Positions 46,563-57,979 of a stretch of DNA of 64,000 nucleotides are shown piece by piece (the stretch's first letter is position 1; each line of letters opens with the position of its first letter). Below the pieces are notes generated by a model. The model saw only the letters and a list, made by a program, of their open reading frames with translations, made no database searches and was not told the DNA's origin. Both the position numbers and the translations under genes were made by a program. The stretch covers positions 64,001-128,000 of the forward strand of contig JAVVGF010000002.1 in the NCBI GenBank assembly GCA_032249235.1, in the 5' to 3' direction. The DNA is from Thermoproteota archaeon. GTDB lineage: Archaea > Thermoproteota > Thermoprotei > Gearchaeales > Gearchaeaceae.

Positions 46563-47793
46563 ATTTAAGCAGTTTATCTAATAATAAATAACCATGTTGA
46601 ATAACGCCGAAAGATCCTTTCATGCATTCTTTTTCCGAAAACTTCTTCAACGAATCCGCTCTATTACTCGGATTATAGAAAATGAAAGGAACAGGAGAAT
46701 CACTATGTGCTTTTAATTCAGGAGGAGTCGAGTGATCGCAAGTAACTAATATTGCTGTTTTGTTTAGATCTAAATTTTCAAGTAAGGGTTTGAAAAAAGA
46801 ATTATCTATTGATTCAATAGCTTTTAATTTTCCATTAAAATCTCCATCGTGCCCAGGTTCGTCGGCACCCTTTAAATGTACAAATACGAAATCATAGTTT
46901 TCTAGTTGCTTAATAACGAGCTCAGCTTTTTCTTTATAAGATAATCCATAGCTCCAAACATAATCCATTCCAAGAAGTCTTGCAATACCTAACTCAACAG
47001 GCATATCTGCAATGCAAATAGGGTGAAAACCATATTTGTTGCTAAAATTCTGAACTTTTGGAATATTTGAACCTGCATCACGCAATAATATAGCATTAGC
47101 TTCTAGCTTTCCACTTATTTTTCTTTTAATGTTTATTTCACTATTGCTCAATATCCTCTTTGATTCTAAGAAAAAAATATTAACGAGTTCTGCAGCTTCT
47201 AACGAATCTTCTGATAAAGGTTTGCAGAGTTCTATTTCTTTTTTTGGTTCAGTCATCGCATGCGTAACATCTCCAATTCTAACATATGCAGGATCAATAT
47301 TTGTAATTTTAGATGCAAGCGGTCTATCTTTTTTCTTTATAACTAAAACACATCGATGACCTATCGTATGAACAAGTTCATATTTATAGCCTTTAATATC
47401 TTTTAGATTGGATCGGACTTCTTCAATAAGAATTTTAGCTTCCGAATCGCTTAAGCTCCTTCCAACTCTACGATCAATAACTTCATTATCTCTTACAGTA
47501 GCGAAATTACCTCTCAATGCAAGATCTCCTTCTTCAAAATTTATACCCGCGCCTAGAGCTTCAAGAACACCCCTAGCTATTTTCAATTCTTTAGGATTAT
47601 AACCTAGCATGGATAAAGTAGCAGCATCGCTCTCTGGAGCAATTCCCTTCTCTATAGGATATACTATCCCTCCTTTGGATAGAGAAGCTAATTTTGCTAA
47701 GTTTGATGTATTAGCTATATCTAAAACAGTTTTATCATATTCAATACCGTCTGAAGCACCGTCTAGAATAATATAAATAAGCTTACCAAGCAT
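46555..47793 (-). CDS. apgM: Cofactor-independent phosphoglycerate mutase (archaeal type)
   Basis: LDGASD, PESD.A, RG.LEALG, DRR, H.KG.DE.GHDG, T.DHSTP, H. Confidence 0.92.
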   Translation of the reverse strand: MLGKLIYIILDGASDGIEYDKTVLDIANTSNLAKLASLSKGGIVYPIEKGIAPESDAATLSMLGYNPKELKIARGVLEALGAGINFEEGDLALRGNFATVRDNEVIDRRVGRSLSDSEAKILIEEVRSNLKDIKGYKYELVHTIGHRCVLVIKKKDRPLASKITNIDPAYVRIGDVTHAMTEPKKEIELCKPLSEDSLEAAELVNIFFLESKRILSNSEINIKRKISGKLEANAILLRDAGSNIPKVQNFSNKYGFHPICIADMPVELGIARLLGMDYVWSYGLSYKEKAELVIKQLENYDFVFVHLKGADEPGHDGDFNGKLKAIESIDNSFFKPLLENLDLNKTAILVTCDHSTPPELKAHSDSPVPFIFYNPSNRADSLKKFSEKECMKGSFGVIQHGYLLLDKLLKST

Positions 47794-47855
47794 AAAGTTT
47801 CATCTCATCAAAATTTATAAGTTTATTTACTTTTAAGAAGTAGTTTAAAAGGTGA

Positions 47856-48950
47856 ATGAGTATTGGATTTAATAAAATTATACTTCCAAGATATGTTTAT
47901 ACAGGTCCAGGTATAATAAAAGAGCTTCCTATAGTTTTGAATTCTTTAGCAGTATCAAAAGCTAGAGTGATGCTCATAAGCGGTTCAAATGAAACACAAA
48001 AAATTTCTCAAGATTCAATTAAGCCTGTTTTAGAAAGAGAAGGGTTGGAAGTCGATTCAATTTTCATTAAAGATATGAAGGATTTTGTCGAAAATATTCA
48101 TGAACACATACATAAAATTAAAGAATCAGACCCTAGAATCATCTTGGGAATCGGTGGTGGAAAAGCGATAGATTCAGCGAAACTTTTAGCCTCGATTTCC
48201 AATAAGCGCTTCATGAGCATACCTACGAATGCCTCTCATGACGGTGTATCTTCCCCTGTGATATCTTTTGTATTGAGCCTCTATCTCAGAAGTAAATATG
48301 ATCTGAAAATAGAATTAAAAGCACCTGTAGCAATCCTTGCTGATTTAAACTTCATAATGAAATGCCCTAAAAAGAGCTTAATAGCAGGTGTAGGCGATTT
48401 GATAGCCAAAAAAATCGCTGTAAAAGACTGGCAACTAGCACATATGCTAAGAGGAGAAGAATACAGCGAATATGCCGCATCTATGGCTCTTATGAGTGCA
48501 AAACTTATTGAAGATAATATTTCAGAAATATCAAAATTTGATGAAAAAGCATTTTCCATTGTTTTAAAAGCTTTAATAGGAAGCGGAATAGGAATAAGCG
48601 TAGCAGGATCTTCTAGGCCAGCAAGCGGTTCAGAACATCTATTCAGCCATGCTTTAGATATTCTAGCAGAGAAGTATGGTTTTAAAAATGAATTGCATGG
48701 TTTGCAATGCGGTCTTGGAACGATTATAATGAGCCAACTACATGGAATGAATTATAAAAAAGTTAAACAACTGCTTAAAAAAATAAATGCGCCTACAAAT
48801 AGCGAGGAAATAGGAATTGAAAAAGAATATCTTATTAAGGCTGTTATGCTGAGTAATAAAATAAGAAAAGATAGATATACTATACTAGGTGAATCAGATA
48901 TAAGTTATAATACAGCAGAAAAATTACTTAAAAGAGTAGAAGTTATTTAA
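47856..48950 (+). CDS. egsA: sn-glycerol-1-phosphate dehydrogenase
   Basis: GGGKAID, PTNASHDG, SSRPASGSEHLFSHALD, HG.QCG.GT, RYTILG. Confidence 0.95.
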   Translation: MSIGFNKIILPRYVYTGPGIIKELPIVLNSLAVSKARVMLISGSNETQKISQDSIKPVLEREGLEVDSIFIKDMKDFVENIHEHIHKIKESDPRIILGIGGGKAIDSAKLLASISNKRFMSIPTNASHDGVSSPVISFVLSLYLRSKYDLKIELKAPVAILADLNFIMKCPKKSLIAGVGDLIAKKIAVKDWQLAHMLRGEEYSEYAASMALMSAKLIEDNISEISKFDEKAFSIVLKALIGSGIGISVAGSSRPASGSEHLFSHALDILAEKYGFKNELHGLQCGLGTIIMSQLHGMNYKKVKQLLKKINAPTNSEEIGIEKEYLIKAVMLSNKIRKDRYTILGESDISYNTAEKLLKRVEVI

Positions 48951-49641
48951 AACGTATAGGAAACAAGTAAATAAGTAATTTTAAGAAATCAATTGCTTCA
49001 TTAATATTAAATTTTGATTTACCTTTTCTTCTATTTATAAATTTTATTGGTACCTCTTTTATTTTAAAATTTAGTTTGTTAATATAAAAGATTGTTTCCA
49101 ATTGAAAGTTGAATTTTTCACTTTTTACAATTTTTATAACACTCTTAATTATATTTCTCTTATAAGCTCTATAACCTGAGGTCACATCAGAACAATTTAT
49201 GTTGAGAAGAATTTTAGCAAGCAGATTCGCAATATAATGCGTTAAATATCTATAAACATTCCAACCGATTATTTGAGCACCATTTACATGCCTACTACCA
49301 ATTACAACATCCGCATCCTCTATTTCTTTCAAAAATCTTTCAATATCTGAAGGATCATGACTTAAGTCTGCATCCATAGTAATAATGAAATCACAAGTTG
49401 CTTTCTTTATACCTTCCTTATATGCACTGCCGATTCCTTGCTTAAAACCTCTTTCTATTAATAAAACACGCGAATCTTTTCTCATATAATCATTGATGAC
49501 TTCAATCGTACCATCCTTACTGCCATCATCTACTATGATTATTTGAGCAACACAGTTTTTTTGCAATAAACGAGGAAGCAAGATCAATATATTATCTTTT
49601 TCATTGTAGGTAGGTATTATAACTGAAACCTTTTTATTCAT
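48943..49641 (-). CDS. Polyprenol-phosphate mannose synthase (Dpm1-like GT2)
   Basis: IPTYNE, VDDGS.DGT, G.GSAY, MDADLSH.P, GSR, D.TSGYR, EVPI.F..R..G.SK. Confidence 0.9.
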   Translation of the reverse strand: MNKKVSVIIPTYNEKDNILILLPRLLQKNCVAQIIIVDDGSKDGTIEVINDYMRKDSRVLLIERGFKQGIGSAYKEGIKKATCDFIITMDADLSHDPSDIERFLKEIEDADVVIGSRHVNGAQIIGWNVYRYLTHYIANLLAKILLNINCSDVTSGYRAYKRNIIKSVIKIVKSEKFNFQLETIFYINKLNFKIKEVPIKFINRRKGKSKFNINEAIDFLKLLIYLFPIRFK

Positions 49642-51278
49642 TGCATATGAGGTTTAACATAAACATAGATATACATATAAGAAGAAGGAATTGTATACTT
49701 TACATTAGGAATAGTTTTTTCAATTTTAGGCGGTTTAATTAAACTTGTAAAGAAATTATAGAAAAACTTATCAAATGGAGAAGGAATTAAAATAGATAAG
49801 TTTTTTATATCAATTTCATTTAATAATCTATATTTGGTAATTAAATAGAGATATAACAAAATCGATGATATAATGAATAGAATTAGTAATGGCAAACTTA
49901 GATTAATTCTATAAATATTAAGTAGGAGCATCGGAGAAAAGAGAAGAAGAGAAACTAAAGCAGTTTTTATGTGAAAACTCGCATTGTAAGCAGATCTTTC
50001 CCTCTTATAAAACCAGCTTGAAATAAATAAAAAACTTAATATGAATAAAGATGCTCTTCCGAAAGCAGCTCCGTTAATACCATAATTCTGATAGAATAAT
50101 TGTGTTAGCGCTGTTCCTATTGCTATAGCAACAATGTTTGAATACATGATTATTTTGGATTTATCTAATGCCAATAAAGCTGAAGTGAGGGAAGCTATAG
50201 GAAAGGTAATTCCTATTGCAAGAGTTACGATGAAGAAGATAAACCACCCTTCAGTATACTTAATTCCTGCAAAAACACTCATTATGGGTTCAGCTAGCAT
50301 AGCAATAGCAATAATAAAAGGAGACAACGCGGTGCATATTACTCGAATTGTTGAATTCACCGTTTCTAAAAACAATTGTTTATTTTCAGATAAAATATAA
50401 GAGAAGTGCGGCAATAAGGCATTTGATATTAATTGAGGTAAATTCATTAAAATTAAGCTTGCAGTTATTGCAGTACCATAAATTGCATAATTTTCTAAGC
50501 CCGCGTTATATAAAACTAAGTATCTATCTATATACAAATAAAGATATGTAATTAAAGATGATATATAGATCGGTAGTGAAAATAAAATAGACTTTCTCAC
50601 TAACGAAAATACTTCTTTATCTTTATTATATTTTTTAAAAATAATATCCTTAGAGAAAACAAGAAATGAAATCAATCCTAGACTATCGCCTAAAATCCAT
50701 ATTTGTAAAACCATATTAACATTACTATAAAATAATATCACAACTACGGATAATAAAAAGCGTGAAGCTGAAGCGAGAGAAAAAGAGAAAACAGCTTTCT
50801 TAAATTCAAAAAATCCTAAAAGTATTCCATAAAAGAAAAATAGCAAACAATTAATGGCACCATCGATGCTTATCAGCAAAATGTATTGATAGGATAAATT
50901 GAAAGGTAGAAATATTAGGTAGGCAACCAAATAACCGATTCCTAAGCTAATAATGGAGCATAAAAGGCCAAGGTAGACAATTAATTTCCCGAAGTGTTTG
51001 GCTTGATATACTTTATTTGAACCAAGTAAATCTGCAATATATTTTGCTGCTGTATAGTTATAAGCTAAAGTAAAGATTGTAGTAAATCCATTAATCAATA
51101 CGCTAGCCATTAAAAGCAAACTCATATCGAATTTAGCTAAGAATCTTGCTGCTACTGCTAGATATACAATACCAGTTAAGTTGAGGATTATAAATTGAAG
51201 TAACACTAACGAAGAAGCCTTCAAAGCATTGTTCCAATTGTTATTCAGGCTATAGCTAATACTCATTAAATTACTCAT
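49638..51278 (-). CDS. Oligosaccharide flippase (Wzx/MOP superfamily)
   Basis: About 14 TMs, FSLP, YIDRYLV, YG.A, LLP.FS, YGINGAA. Confidence 0.85.
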   Translation of the reverse strand: MSNLMSISYSLNNNWNNALKASSLVLLQFIILNLTGIVYLAVAARFLAKFDMSLLLMASVLINGFTTIFTLAYNYTAAKYIADLLGSNKVYQAKHFGKLIVYLGLLCSIISLGIGYLVAYLIFLPFNLSYQYILLISIDGAINCLLFFFYGILLGFFEFKKAVFSFSLASASRFLLSVVVILFYSNVNMVLQIWILGDSLGLISFLVFSKDIIFKKYNKDKEVFSLVRKSILFSLPIYISSLITYLYLYIDRYLVLYNAGLENYAIYGTAITASLILMNLPQLISNALLPHFSYILSENKQLFLETVNSTIRVICTALSPFIIAIAMLAEPIMSVFAGIKYTEGWFIFFIVTLAIGITFPIASLTSALLALDKSKIIMYSNIVAIAIGTALTQLFYQNYGINGAAFGRASLFILSFLFISSWFYKRERSAYNASFHIKTALVSLLLFSPMLLLNIYRINLSLPLLILFIISSILLYLYLITKYRLLNEIDIKNLSILIPSPFDKFFYNFFTSLIKPPKIEKTIPNVKYTIPSSYMYIYVYVKPHMQ

Positions 51279-51358
51279 GTATCTTATTCTTCGTTAGATT
51301 TAAATTTTCATCATTCAACTTAAAACAAAACACGTTTGTAATTTTTAATTAAATAAGC

Positions 51359-52021
51359 TTAAATAGCTCTAAGAAAAAATTTTGGAACTTTTATCAATGA
51401 TGATGAAAAATGGTATAGTGGATTTGAGTGTCTGGCTTCTATCCTAATCCATCCATTCTTTATTCCTTTAAATAAATCTTCCTCAGAGATCGTATTTACT
51501 AAAATGTAATTAATGCCATTTCCGATTTCTTTAAGCAAATGTGCATCGCTCCCTGCAGTAATAGGTTTTTTTAGGGTCTCAGCAAGCTTAATAGCTTTAG
51601 AATTAGATATACTGAACGCTCTACAATTAAACCCTTCAATCGCACTAACTTTCTTTTCAACGATTTTAATGAAATCGTCGCTTAAATGATGTCTTACGTA
51701 AGGATGAGGTAATATTGTTAACCATTGATTTGAATATGCGATATCAATAATTTCATAGAAATTGTAATTTTTCAACTCCTCATCTATTCCAAGTATTATT
51801 AGATCCCCTGCATCTGTTTTAAGTTCAATTCCAGTTATTACCAAAATATTATACTGCTTTGAAAGTTTCTTGGCTTCTAAAGAACCCTTAATAGTATCGT
51901 GGTCTGTCACCGAAATCGCATTGATACCTTTTTTAAGAGCAGTTTTAATTATCTCGAGTGGCTTATTCAAAGAATCAAAAGAGTAATAAGAATGAATATG
52001 ATAATCAAAGGTTATTAGCAT
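51359..52021 (-). CDS. PHP-domain phosphoesterase
   Basis: DYHIHS..S.DS, VTDHD, GIE, PHPY, IEGFN, GSDAH. Confidence 0.9.
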   Translation of the reverse strand: MLITFDYHIHSYYSFDSLNKPLEIIKTALKKGINAISVTDHDTIKGSLEAKKLSKQYNILVITGIELKTDAGDLIILGIDEELKNYNFYEIIDIAYSNQWLTILPHPYVRHHLSDDFIKIVEKKVSAIEGFNCRAFSISNSKAIKLAETLKKPITAGSDAHLLKEIGNGINYILVNTISEEDLFKGIKNGWIRIEARHSNPLYHFSSSLIKVPKFFLRAI

Positions 52022-52059
52022 ACTAAAGGTTAAAACTATCTTTAGATTTATAATTGTTA

Positions 52060-53172
52060 ATGAAACTATTCGAATACGAGGCTAAAGAAATATTTAAAAA
52101 GTTTGGTATAAAAGTGCCAGAATACGGTTTGGCTAGCAATGTTGAAGAGGCAAAAAATATTGCAAAATCATTAGGCTATCCTGTAGTAATTAAGGCGCAA
52201 GTGCTTGTTGGAGGGAGAGGAAAAGCTGGAGGGATACAATTTGCTAAAGATGAACAGGAATTAATTGAAAAAACGAGATACGTATTGAATTTAGAAATAA
52301 AAGGAAATAAAGTAGAGAATGTCATAATTTCTAAGCTAGTTGAAATAAAAAAAGAAATGTATATAGCAATAATTGTTGATAGAAGTAACAAGGCTCCCTT
52401 AATTTTGGCTTCAAAAGAAGGAGGAATAGATATAGAAGAAATAGCAAAGGCTGATCCTTCTAAGATTCTTAGATTGAAAATAGATCCCTTCTTAGGAGTA
52501 AGGGAGTATCATTTAAGAAGATTGGAAAAATTCTTCGAAACTAAAGAAATATCTAGCATAGTTCTTTCAATGTTCGAAATATTTAAAAAATATGATTGTG
52601 AATTAGTAGAAATAAATCCCTTAGCTTTAAGCGATAAAAACGAACTAGTAGCTGTAGATGCGAAAATTATAATCGATGATTCTGCGCTTTTTAGACAAAA
52701 AGAATTCAAGAGCAGAACAGAAAAGGAATTGAATGAATTCGAACAAAAAGCTTTAGAAATAGGTTTCAATTATGTCGAAAGCGATGGAGATATTGGTATT
52801 ATAAGTAATGGAGCTGGCTTAACAATGGCAACTATGGATATAGTACAAATATACGGAGGTAAACCTGCGAATTTCCTCGATATAGGAGGAGGAGCTAGCG
52901 CAGATGTTGTATATAACGCTTTAATGCTTCAACTCAAACATCCAAGAACAAAAGGTATTCTAATAAATATAATGGGTGGAATAACTAGATGCGATGAAGT
53001 TGCAAAGGGTATAATCCGTGCATTGAAAGAATACAAAACTGATAAAAAAATAAGTATAAGAATCATGGGTACAAATGAGGAAGAGGGAAGAGCTTTGCTT
53101 GCAAAAGAAGGAATAAAACTGCATGATAGCATGGAAAGCGCCGCAAAAGAAATAGTTGAATTAACACGTTAA
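52060..53172 (+). CDS. sucC: Succinate--CoA ligase beta subunit
   Basis: [54 protein letters not shown]. Confidence 0.96.
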   Translation: MKLFEYEAKEIFKKFGIKVPEYGLASNVEEAKNIAKSLGYPVVIKAQVLVGGRGKAGGIQFAKDEQELIEKTRYVLNLEIKGNKVENVIISKLVEIKKEMYIAIIVDRSNKAPLILASKEGGIDIEEIAKADPSKILRLKIDPFLGVREYHLRRLEKFFETKEISSIVLSMFEIFKKYDCELVEINPLALSDKNELVAVDAKIIIDDSALFRQKEFKSRTEKELNEFEQKALEIGFNYVESDGDIGIISNGAGLTMATMDIVQIYGGKPANFLDIGGGASADVVYNALMLQLKHPRTKGILINIMGGITRCDEVAKGIIRALKEYKTDKKISIRIMGTNEEEGRALLAKEGIKLHDSMESAAKEIVELTR

Positions 53173-53173
53173 C

Positions 53174-54046
53174 ATGGCAATATTAGTTAATTCGAATACC
53201 AAAGTTTTAGTTCAAGGAATAACTGGCAAACAAGGATCTTTTCATACAAAGCTCATGTTAGATTACGGCACAAAAGTACTTGCAGGAGTCACCCCAGGAA
53301 AAGGAGGCCAAACTGTGCATGGTATTCCAGTATATGATACAGTTGATGAAGCTATGAAAGAACATCCTGAGATAAATACCTCTATAGTTTTTGTTCCTGC
53401 ACAATTTGCAACCGAAGCTATCTTCGAAGCAATTAATGCTGGAATTAAATTAATCGTTGTAATAACTGAGAGAATACCTATGCATGACGAAATAATGTTT
53501 GTGAATTATGCAAGAGCAAAAGGTGCAACGATAATTGGTCCAAATTGTCCGGGAATAATATCTCCACCTTATTCAAAAGTAGGTATAATGCCAGGCCATG
53601 TATTTAAACCGGGTAGAATAGGGATAATTTCAAGAAGCGGAACATTAACTTATGAGGTAGCTTATCGCCTATCACAAAGAGGGCTAGGGATAAGCACAGC
53701 TGTAGGAATAGGAGGAGATGCAATAATAGGAACTGACTTCATTGAGATATATTCATTGTTTATGGAAGATAAAGATACAGATGCTATAGTTTTAATAGGA
53801 GAAATAGGAGGAGATCTTGAAGAAAGATTTGCACAATATTATTCTCAATTGAAAAATAAAAAACCAGTCGTAGCATTCATAGCTGGGAAATCAGCACCTG
53901 AAGGAAAAAGGATGGGGCATGCGGGCGCAATAATATCGATGGGAATGGGAAGCGCTCAATCAAAAATCGAAAGTTTCAAAAGGGCTAATATTTATGTTGC
54001 AGATTTTCTTAGTGATATCCCTAATATACTGGAGAAACTTGTTTAA
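53174..54046 (+). CDS. sucD: Succinate--CoA ligase alpha subunit
   Basis: [36 protein letters not shown]. Confidence 0.97.
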   Translation: MAILVNSNTKVLVQGITGKQGSFHTKLMLDYGTKVLAGVTPGKGGQTVHGIPVYDTVDEAMKEHPEINTSIVFVPAQFATEAIFEAINAGIKLIVVITERIPMHDEIMFVNYARAKGATIIGPNCPGIISPPYSKVGIMPGHVFKPGRIGIISRSGTLTYEVAYRLSQRGLGISTAVGIGGDAIIGTDFIEIYSLFMEDKDTDAIVLIGEIGGDLEERFAQYYSQLKNKKPVVAFIAGKSAPEGKRMGHAGAIISMGMGSAQSKIESFKRANIYVADFLSDIPNILEKLV

Positions 54047-54078
54047 GCTTTTTTTGAAATAAACAATAATTCTTATTA

Positions 54079-56028
54079 GTGACAAATTATCAGAGCGCAT
54101 TAGGAGTAGATATAGATCCTTCAGGTCTTAAAGACTTGAATCGTTTATACTCGATTGCGCTCGTTAAAGGAGAAGAAGTAGTTTTTACAGCAGAAAAAAT
54201 AACATACAAGGAATTATTAAGATATACACGAAAGTTTAAGCCTGATATATTAGCTACTGACAATGTTTTTGAATTAGCAAAGGATGAAATAGAAATAAAA
54301 AAGCTCGCATTTCTTTTGCCTGATAAAACGATACTGGTTCAAGTTACCGGAAATCCTTCAAATCCATTGGATACGTTAGTAAATATAGCTAAGACTAAAG
54401 GCATAGAAGTTAGCAATAAGCTTTCCCCTATAGAGACAGCGATATTGGCAGCTAAGCTAGCTCTAAAAGGAGAAGGATATAAGATAAAACTAAGAGAAGA
54501 CGAAACTTTTATTTTGGTAACTAAAGCAACTGAACCTTCTGCAGGGGGGATGAGCTTAAATAGATATAAGCGCAGGATTTACACTAATATTCTGCATGCG
54601 ATTTCTCATATCAAAAGCATTCTTACGAGTAATAATTTCCTATTTGACTTTTTCCCTTCCAAACATTCAAATGAAGGAGGAATATTCATAGTACAAGCAC
54701 AGAGAGAAATAGTTAAGCGATATATTAAACCTTATGAAGGATACGGAATTAGAATTAGAATTTTACCCGTTGTTAGAAATAGAATAATAACTAAAGAAGA
54801 AATTAGGAATATTTCAAGACCTTTGATTGTTGGATATGATCCTGGAATCACTGTAGGAATATGTGCAATGGATTTAAAGGGAAATATTTTGCTGCTTGAA
54901 AGTCTAAGATATGCAGGATTGGATGAAATCAGAGAAAAGATTGCAAGAATAGGAAATCCTGTAATAATAGCTACAGATAAGGCAACGATTTCTGCTATGA
55001 TAAATAAGCTTGCAGCAACATTTAATGCAGAAATTTGGAAACCTCAAAGGGATTTATCGATTGAAGAAAAGAAGAGCATTGCAAGAGATTTCATCGAAGA
55101 AATAAAATATGAAGAAATAAAATTAGATACTCACAAAAGAGATTCTTTGGCAGCGGCAATTCTTGCTTTCAGAAAATATTATCCAATTTATCAATCGATC
55201 GAAAGAGAATTGAAAGAAAGAAATATTGAGCACATCAACCCTCAAACAGTATTCGAGAAAGTAATAAAAACAAAGAGAAATATCAAGGAAATAATTAACG
55301 AAATAAAAGAAATGAGTGAAAAAAGCGAAGAAGTTATCCTACAGGAACCAAAGCAAGAAGTATGGAAAAACGAAGTAGATAAAATCAAAAAGCAATTGGA
55401 AGAAACTAAAAGATTACTAAAGGCACTTCAAAGCATTATAGATGAGAAAAACCAAAAAATCTCTGAACTTAGCGAAAAAATAGAAAGATTGAAAAATGAG
55501 GAAAGGCTAAAAATCAAAGCAAGCAATGAAATTGTAGTATTAAAACAAAAAGTAGATGCTTTAACAGAGGAAAATAAAAGACTGTTGAAAGAAATTGAAA
55601 AACATAAGGAAGAATTAAATAACATCTACAAAGCATTTGAAATGCTCTACATGAATAAGGCTGAAATTCTAAAAAAGGAAAGTATAGAAGAAATTCAAGA
55701 GTCAAATAACAAAGATATAAGATGCTTTGATTCAATCCCAAGATTAGAAGTCAAAGAACTTAACCTCTTAATTAAGAGCAAATTGAAAGCGATAATTTAC
55801 AGGGATAAAGCTGATGAGTTTAGCTTAAATTATTTAGAGAAGAATGACATTTTTGTAATTAAGTTAGATGAGCTTCCTTATATTGAAATCGACAAATTCA
55901 TCATTGTAGATAAAGCAGCTTTACAAAACTTAATAACTTTGAAGAAAAAAGCGCGCAAAGAAGTTAATAAAGAAGAAAGGGAGAAGATAGCTAAGCTATT
56001 TGAAGAATACAGAAAGTTGAAGATTTAA
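54079..56028 (+). CDS. DUF460 (COG2433) RNase H-fold/coiled-coil protein
   Basis: GVDI, ATDNVFEL, LVQVTG, GGMS.NRY.R, IVG.DPG.T, H.RDSLAAA, long coiled coil. Confidence 0.88.
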   Translation: MTNYQSALGVDIDPSGLKDLNRLYSIALVKGEEVVFTAEKITYKELLRYTRKFKPDILATDNVFELAKDEIEIKKLAFLLPDKTILVQVTGNPSNPLDTLVNIAKTKGIEVSNKLSPIETAILAAKLALKGEGYKIKLREDETFILVTKATEPSAGGMSLNRYKRRIYTNILHAISHIKSILTSNNFLFDFFPSKHSNEGGIFIVQAQREIVKRYIKPYEGYGIRIRILPVVRNRIITKEEIRNISRPLIVGYDPGITVGICAMDLKGNILLLESLRYAGLDEIREKIARIGNPVIIATDKATISAMINKLAATFNAEIWKPQRDLSIEEKKSIARDFIEEIKYEEIKLDTHKRDSLAAAILAFRKYYPIYQSIERELKERNIEHINPQTVFEKVIKTKRNIKEIINEIKEMSEKSEEVILQEPKQEVWKNEVDKIKKQLEETKRLLKALQSIIDEKNQKISELSEKIERLKNEERLKIKASNEIVVLKQKVDALTEENKRLLKEIEKHKEELNNIYKAFEMLYMNKAEILKKESIEEIQESNNKDIRCFDSIPRLEVKELNLLIKSKLKAIIYRDKADEFSLNYLEKNDIFVIKLDELPYIEIDKFIIVDKAALQNLITLKKKARKEVNKEEREKIAKLFEEYRKLKI

Positions 56029-56050
56029 ACCCCTAATCTTTAGGTATTGT

Positions 56051-56455
56051 ATGAAGTATGTTTACACAAATGACTGGGAAAATTTCAAAAAGGCACTGGA
56101 TCTAAAAAAAGAGAGAGTTGTTTTCTATAATATAGATAAAAACAAAAGAACAATTCAAGTAAAATTTATAGCAGATGGCATAGTATATGTGTATTCCAGC
56201 AAACCTGATGAATTTCCTTTCGAATGTGGTATCATAGAAGAAGTTCCCGAAGAAATAACCAAATTAACCAAAGCAGAAGTTATTCGAAACAACATTTTCG
56301 GAAAAGAAATAACCTATTTAATTGGTGCACAAAAAATTAGAGGTTTCAATATGTGGTGCATCTATAGTGATTTCTCAAGAACTATCAAGGAAGAACTGAA
56401 TAAAATATTCAGCGATTACATATTAATTGAAGGTGATATCAAGGAATCAGACTAA
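56051..56455 (+). CDS. Hypothetical protein
   Basis: 134-aa ORF with TTTAAA about 25 bp upstream; no recognised motif. Confidence 0.65.
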   Translation: MKYVYTNDWENFKKALDLKKERVVFYNIDKNKRTIQVKFIADGIVYVYSSKPDEFPFECGIIEEVPEEITKLTKAEVIRNNIFGKEITYLIGAQKIRGFNMWCIYSDFSRTIKEELNKIFSDYILIEGDIKESD

Positions 56456-56710
56456 AACAGAAGGAGGTACGCTGATATATAAGATATTGTTTCCACGAAC
56501 CAAAATTTTTCCATATTTAATTTTTGTCTCACCATTACTGTTTAATTCCTCAGCTTCATCTAAGATCAGATTCATATTTTGGTCAGCACTTATTAAAATC
56601 CCCCTATATTGAGTATTGTCCTTCAAATAGACAGTTATCGTGTCATTAATACACCTAAACATTAATTTTAACGGAGTAAGTTGCTCGCTTGAAGATAGTT
56701 TTGTTGCCAT
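56447..56710 (-). CDS. Sm-like (Lsm/SmAP) protein
   Basis: Sm1 V.LKD...YRG.L...DQNMNLIL.EAEE; Sm2 YGKILVRGNNILYIS; start at 56710 chosen over 56728. Confidence 0.92.
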   Translation of the reverse strand: MATKLSSSEQLTPLKLMFRCINDTITVYLKDNTQYRGILISADQNMNLILDEAEELNSNGETKIKYGKILVRGNNILYISVPPSVLV

Positions 56711-56783
56711 TCTACAATAAAAAGGCAATATTACATATAAACTTAAGCAAAAATACTCTTTTATATCGATTTTTAATTATAGT

Positions 56784-57740
56784 GTGATGAAAGAAAAAGG
56801 TATATCATTAAGAGATGTTGAAGGAATAGGTCCTGCTACAGAAGCTAAATTAAAGGAGGCTGGTTATCTAACAGTTGAATCATTAGCTTTTGCTTCTGCA
56901 AAAGAAATTGAGGAAGCTACTGGATTGAGTTATGAAAAAGCTTTAGAAATTACAGAAAATGCTAGAAAGCTACTAGGCATAGGCTTTATCACAGCAGAAG
57001 AATATTACAAGAAAAGACAGGATATAGGTTACATAACGACAGGAAGTAAGGCACTTGATAATTTGTTAGGTGGAGGAATAGAAACACAAGCTATCACCGA
57101 ACTTATTGGAGAATTTGGTACAGGAAAAACTCAACTTTGCCATCAACTTGCTGTTAATGTTCAACTGCCAAAAGATAAAGGAGGATTGGGAGCAAATGCT
57201 GTTTACATAGATACTGAAGGAACTTTTAGACCTGAAAGAATTATTCAAATCGCTAACTATATGAAATTAGATCCTGCAGAAACTTTAAAAAGAATATACT
57301 ACACAAGAGCATATAATAGCGACCATCAAATATTAATCGTTGAAGAATTGATTGAGAAAATGCCAAAATTCAATGCAAGACTTGTGATAATTGATAGCAT
57401 AGTAAGTCATTTTAGAAGTGAATATCCAGGAAGAGAAAATCTTGTTGTGAGACAACAAAGACTTAATAAACATATTCATGATCTACATAGAATTGCCAAC
57501 CTTTACAATGCAGCAATAGTGGTAACTAACCAAATAGTCGCTGCACCCGATGTGTTTTTTGGGAATCCAAACAGGCCCGTTGGAGGAAATATCGTGGCTC
57601 ATGGTTGTACATATCGTTTGATGCTAAGGAAAGGTAGAGAAAATCAAAGAATCGTGAAGATATTTGATTCTCCAATACATCCTGAGAGTGAAACAGTATT
57701 TCTAATTCACGAAGGAGGAATAAAAGACGTAGAAGGCTAA
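56784..57740 (+). CDS. radA: DNA repair and recombination protein RadA
   Basis: N-terminal HhH (GIGPAT..KL..AGY), F.TA polymerisation motif, GEFGTGKTQ, YIDTEGTFRPER, FRSEY.GRE.L..RQQ. Confidence 0.97.
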   Translation: MMKEKGISLRDVEGIGPATEAKLKEAGYLTVESLAFASAKEIEEATGLSYEKALEITENARKLLGIGFITAEEYYKKRQDIGYITTGSKALDNLLGGGIETQAITELIGEFGTGKTQLCHQLAVNVQLPKDKGGLGANAVYIDTEGTFRPERIIQIANYMKLDPAETLKRIYYTRAYNSDHQILIVEELIEKMPKFNARLVIIDSIVSHFRSEYPGRENLVVRQQRLNKHIHDLHRIANLYNAAIVVTNQIVAAPDVFFGNPNRPVGGNIVAHGCTYRLMLRKGRENQRIVKIFDSPIHPESETVFLIHEGGIKDVEG

Positions 57741-57979
57741 GCTTTTCTCCTTAGGAAAAAGAAATTAATTATTAGCAATAGTATTGTGAGTACTACAAGA
57801 AATATTAACAATATTTCTCCATATTTTCCGAAGCTACCTGCAATAGGTATGAAGAATATTGTTATTACAAAAGCTCCTGAAGTTTCGATATTAGGAAAGT
57901 AAAGAAGAAGGGCTAAAAATAATGCTAAAAAGCCTATTAAAATTAACAAAAAACCTAAAAGAAATAACTTGTCCACCAT
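57737..57979 (-). CDS. Small membrane protein, DUF131-like paralogue
   Basis: G..LILIG, SGAFVITIFFIPIAGSFG; tandem with the DUF131 gene. Confidence 0.7.
   Translation of the reverse strand: MVDKLFLLGFLLILIGFLALFLALLLYFPNIETSGAFVITIFFIPIAGSFGKYGEILLIFLVVLTILLLIINFFFLRRKA

Noticed and set aside
49681-49761. Plus-strand TM-like peptide EEGIVYFTLGIVFSILGGLIKLVKKL antisense to the flippase tail
   Set aside because: Only 26 codons, preceded by in-frame stops and with no start codon; could be a remnant but is unsupported.
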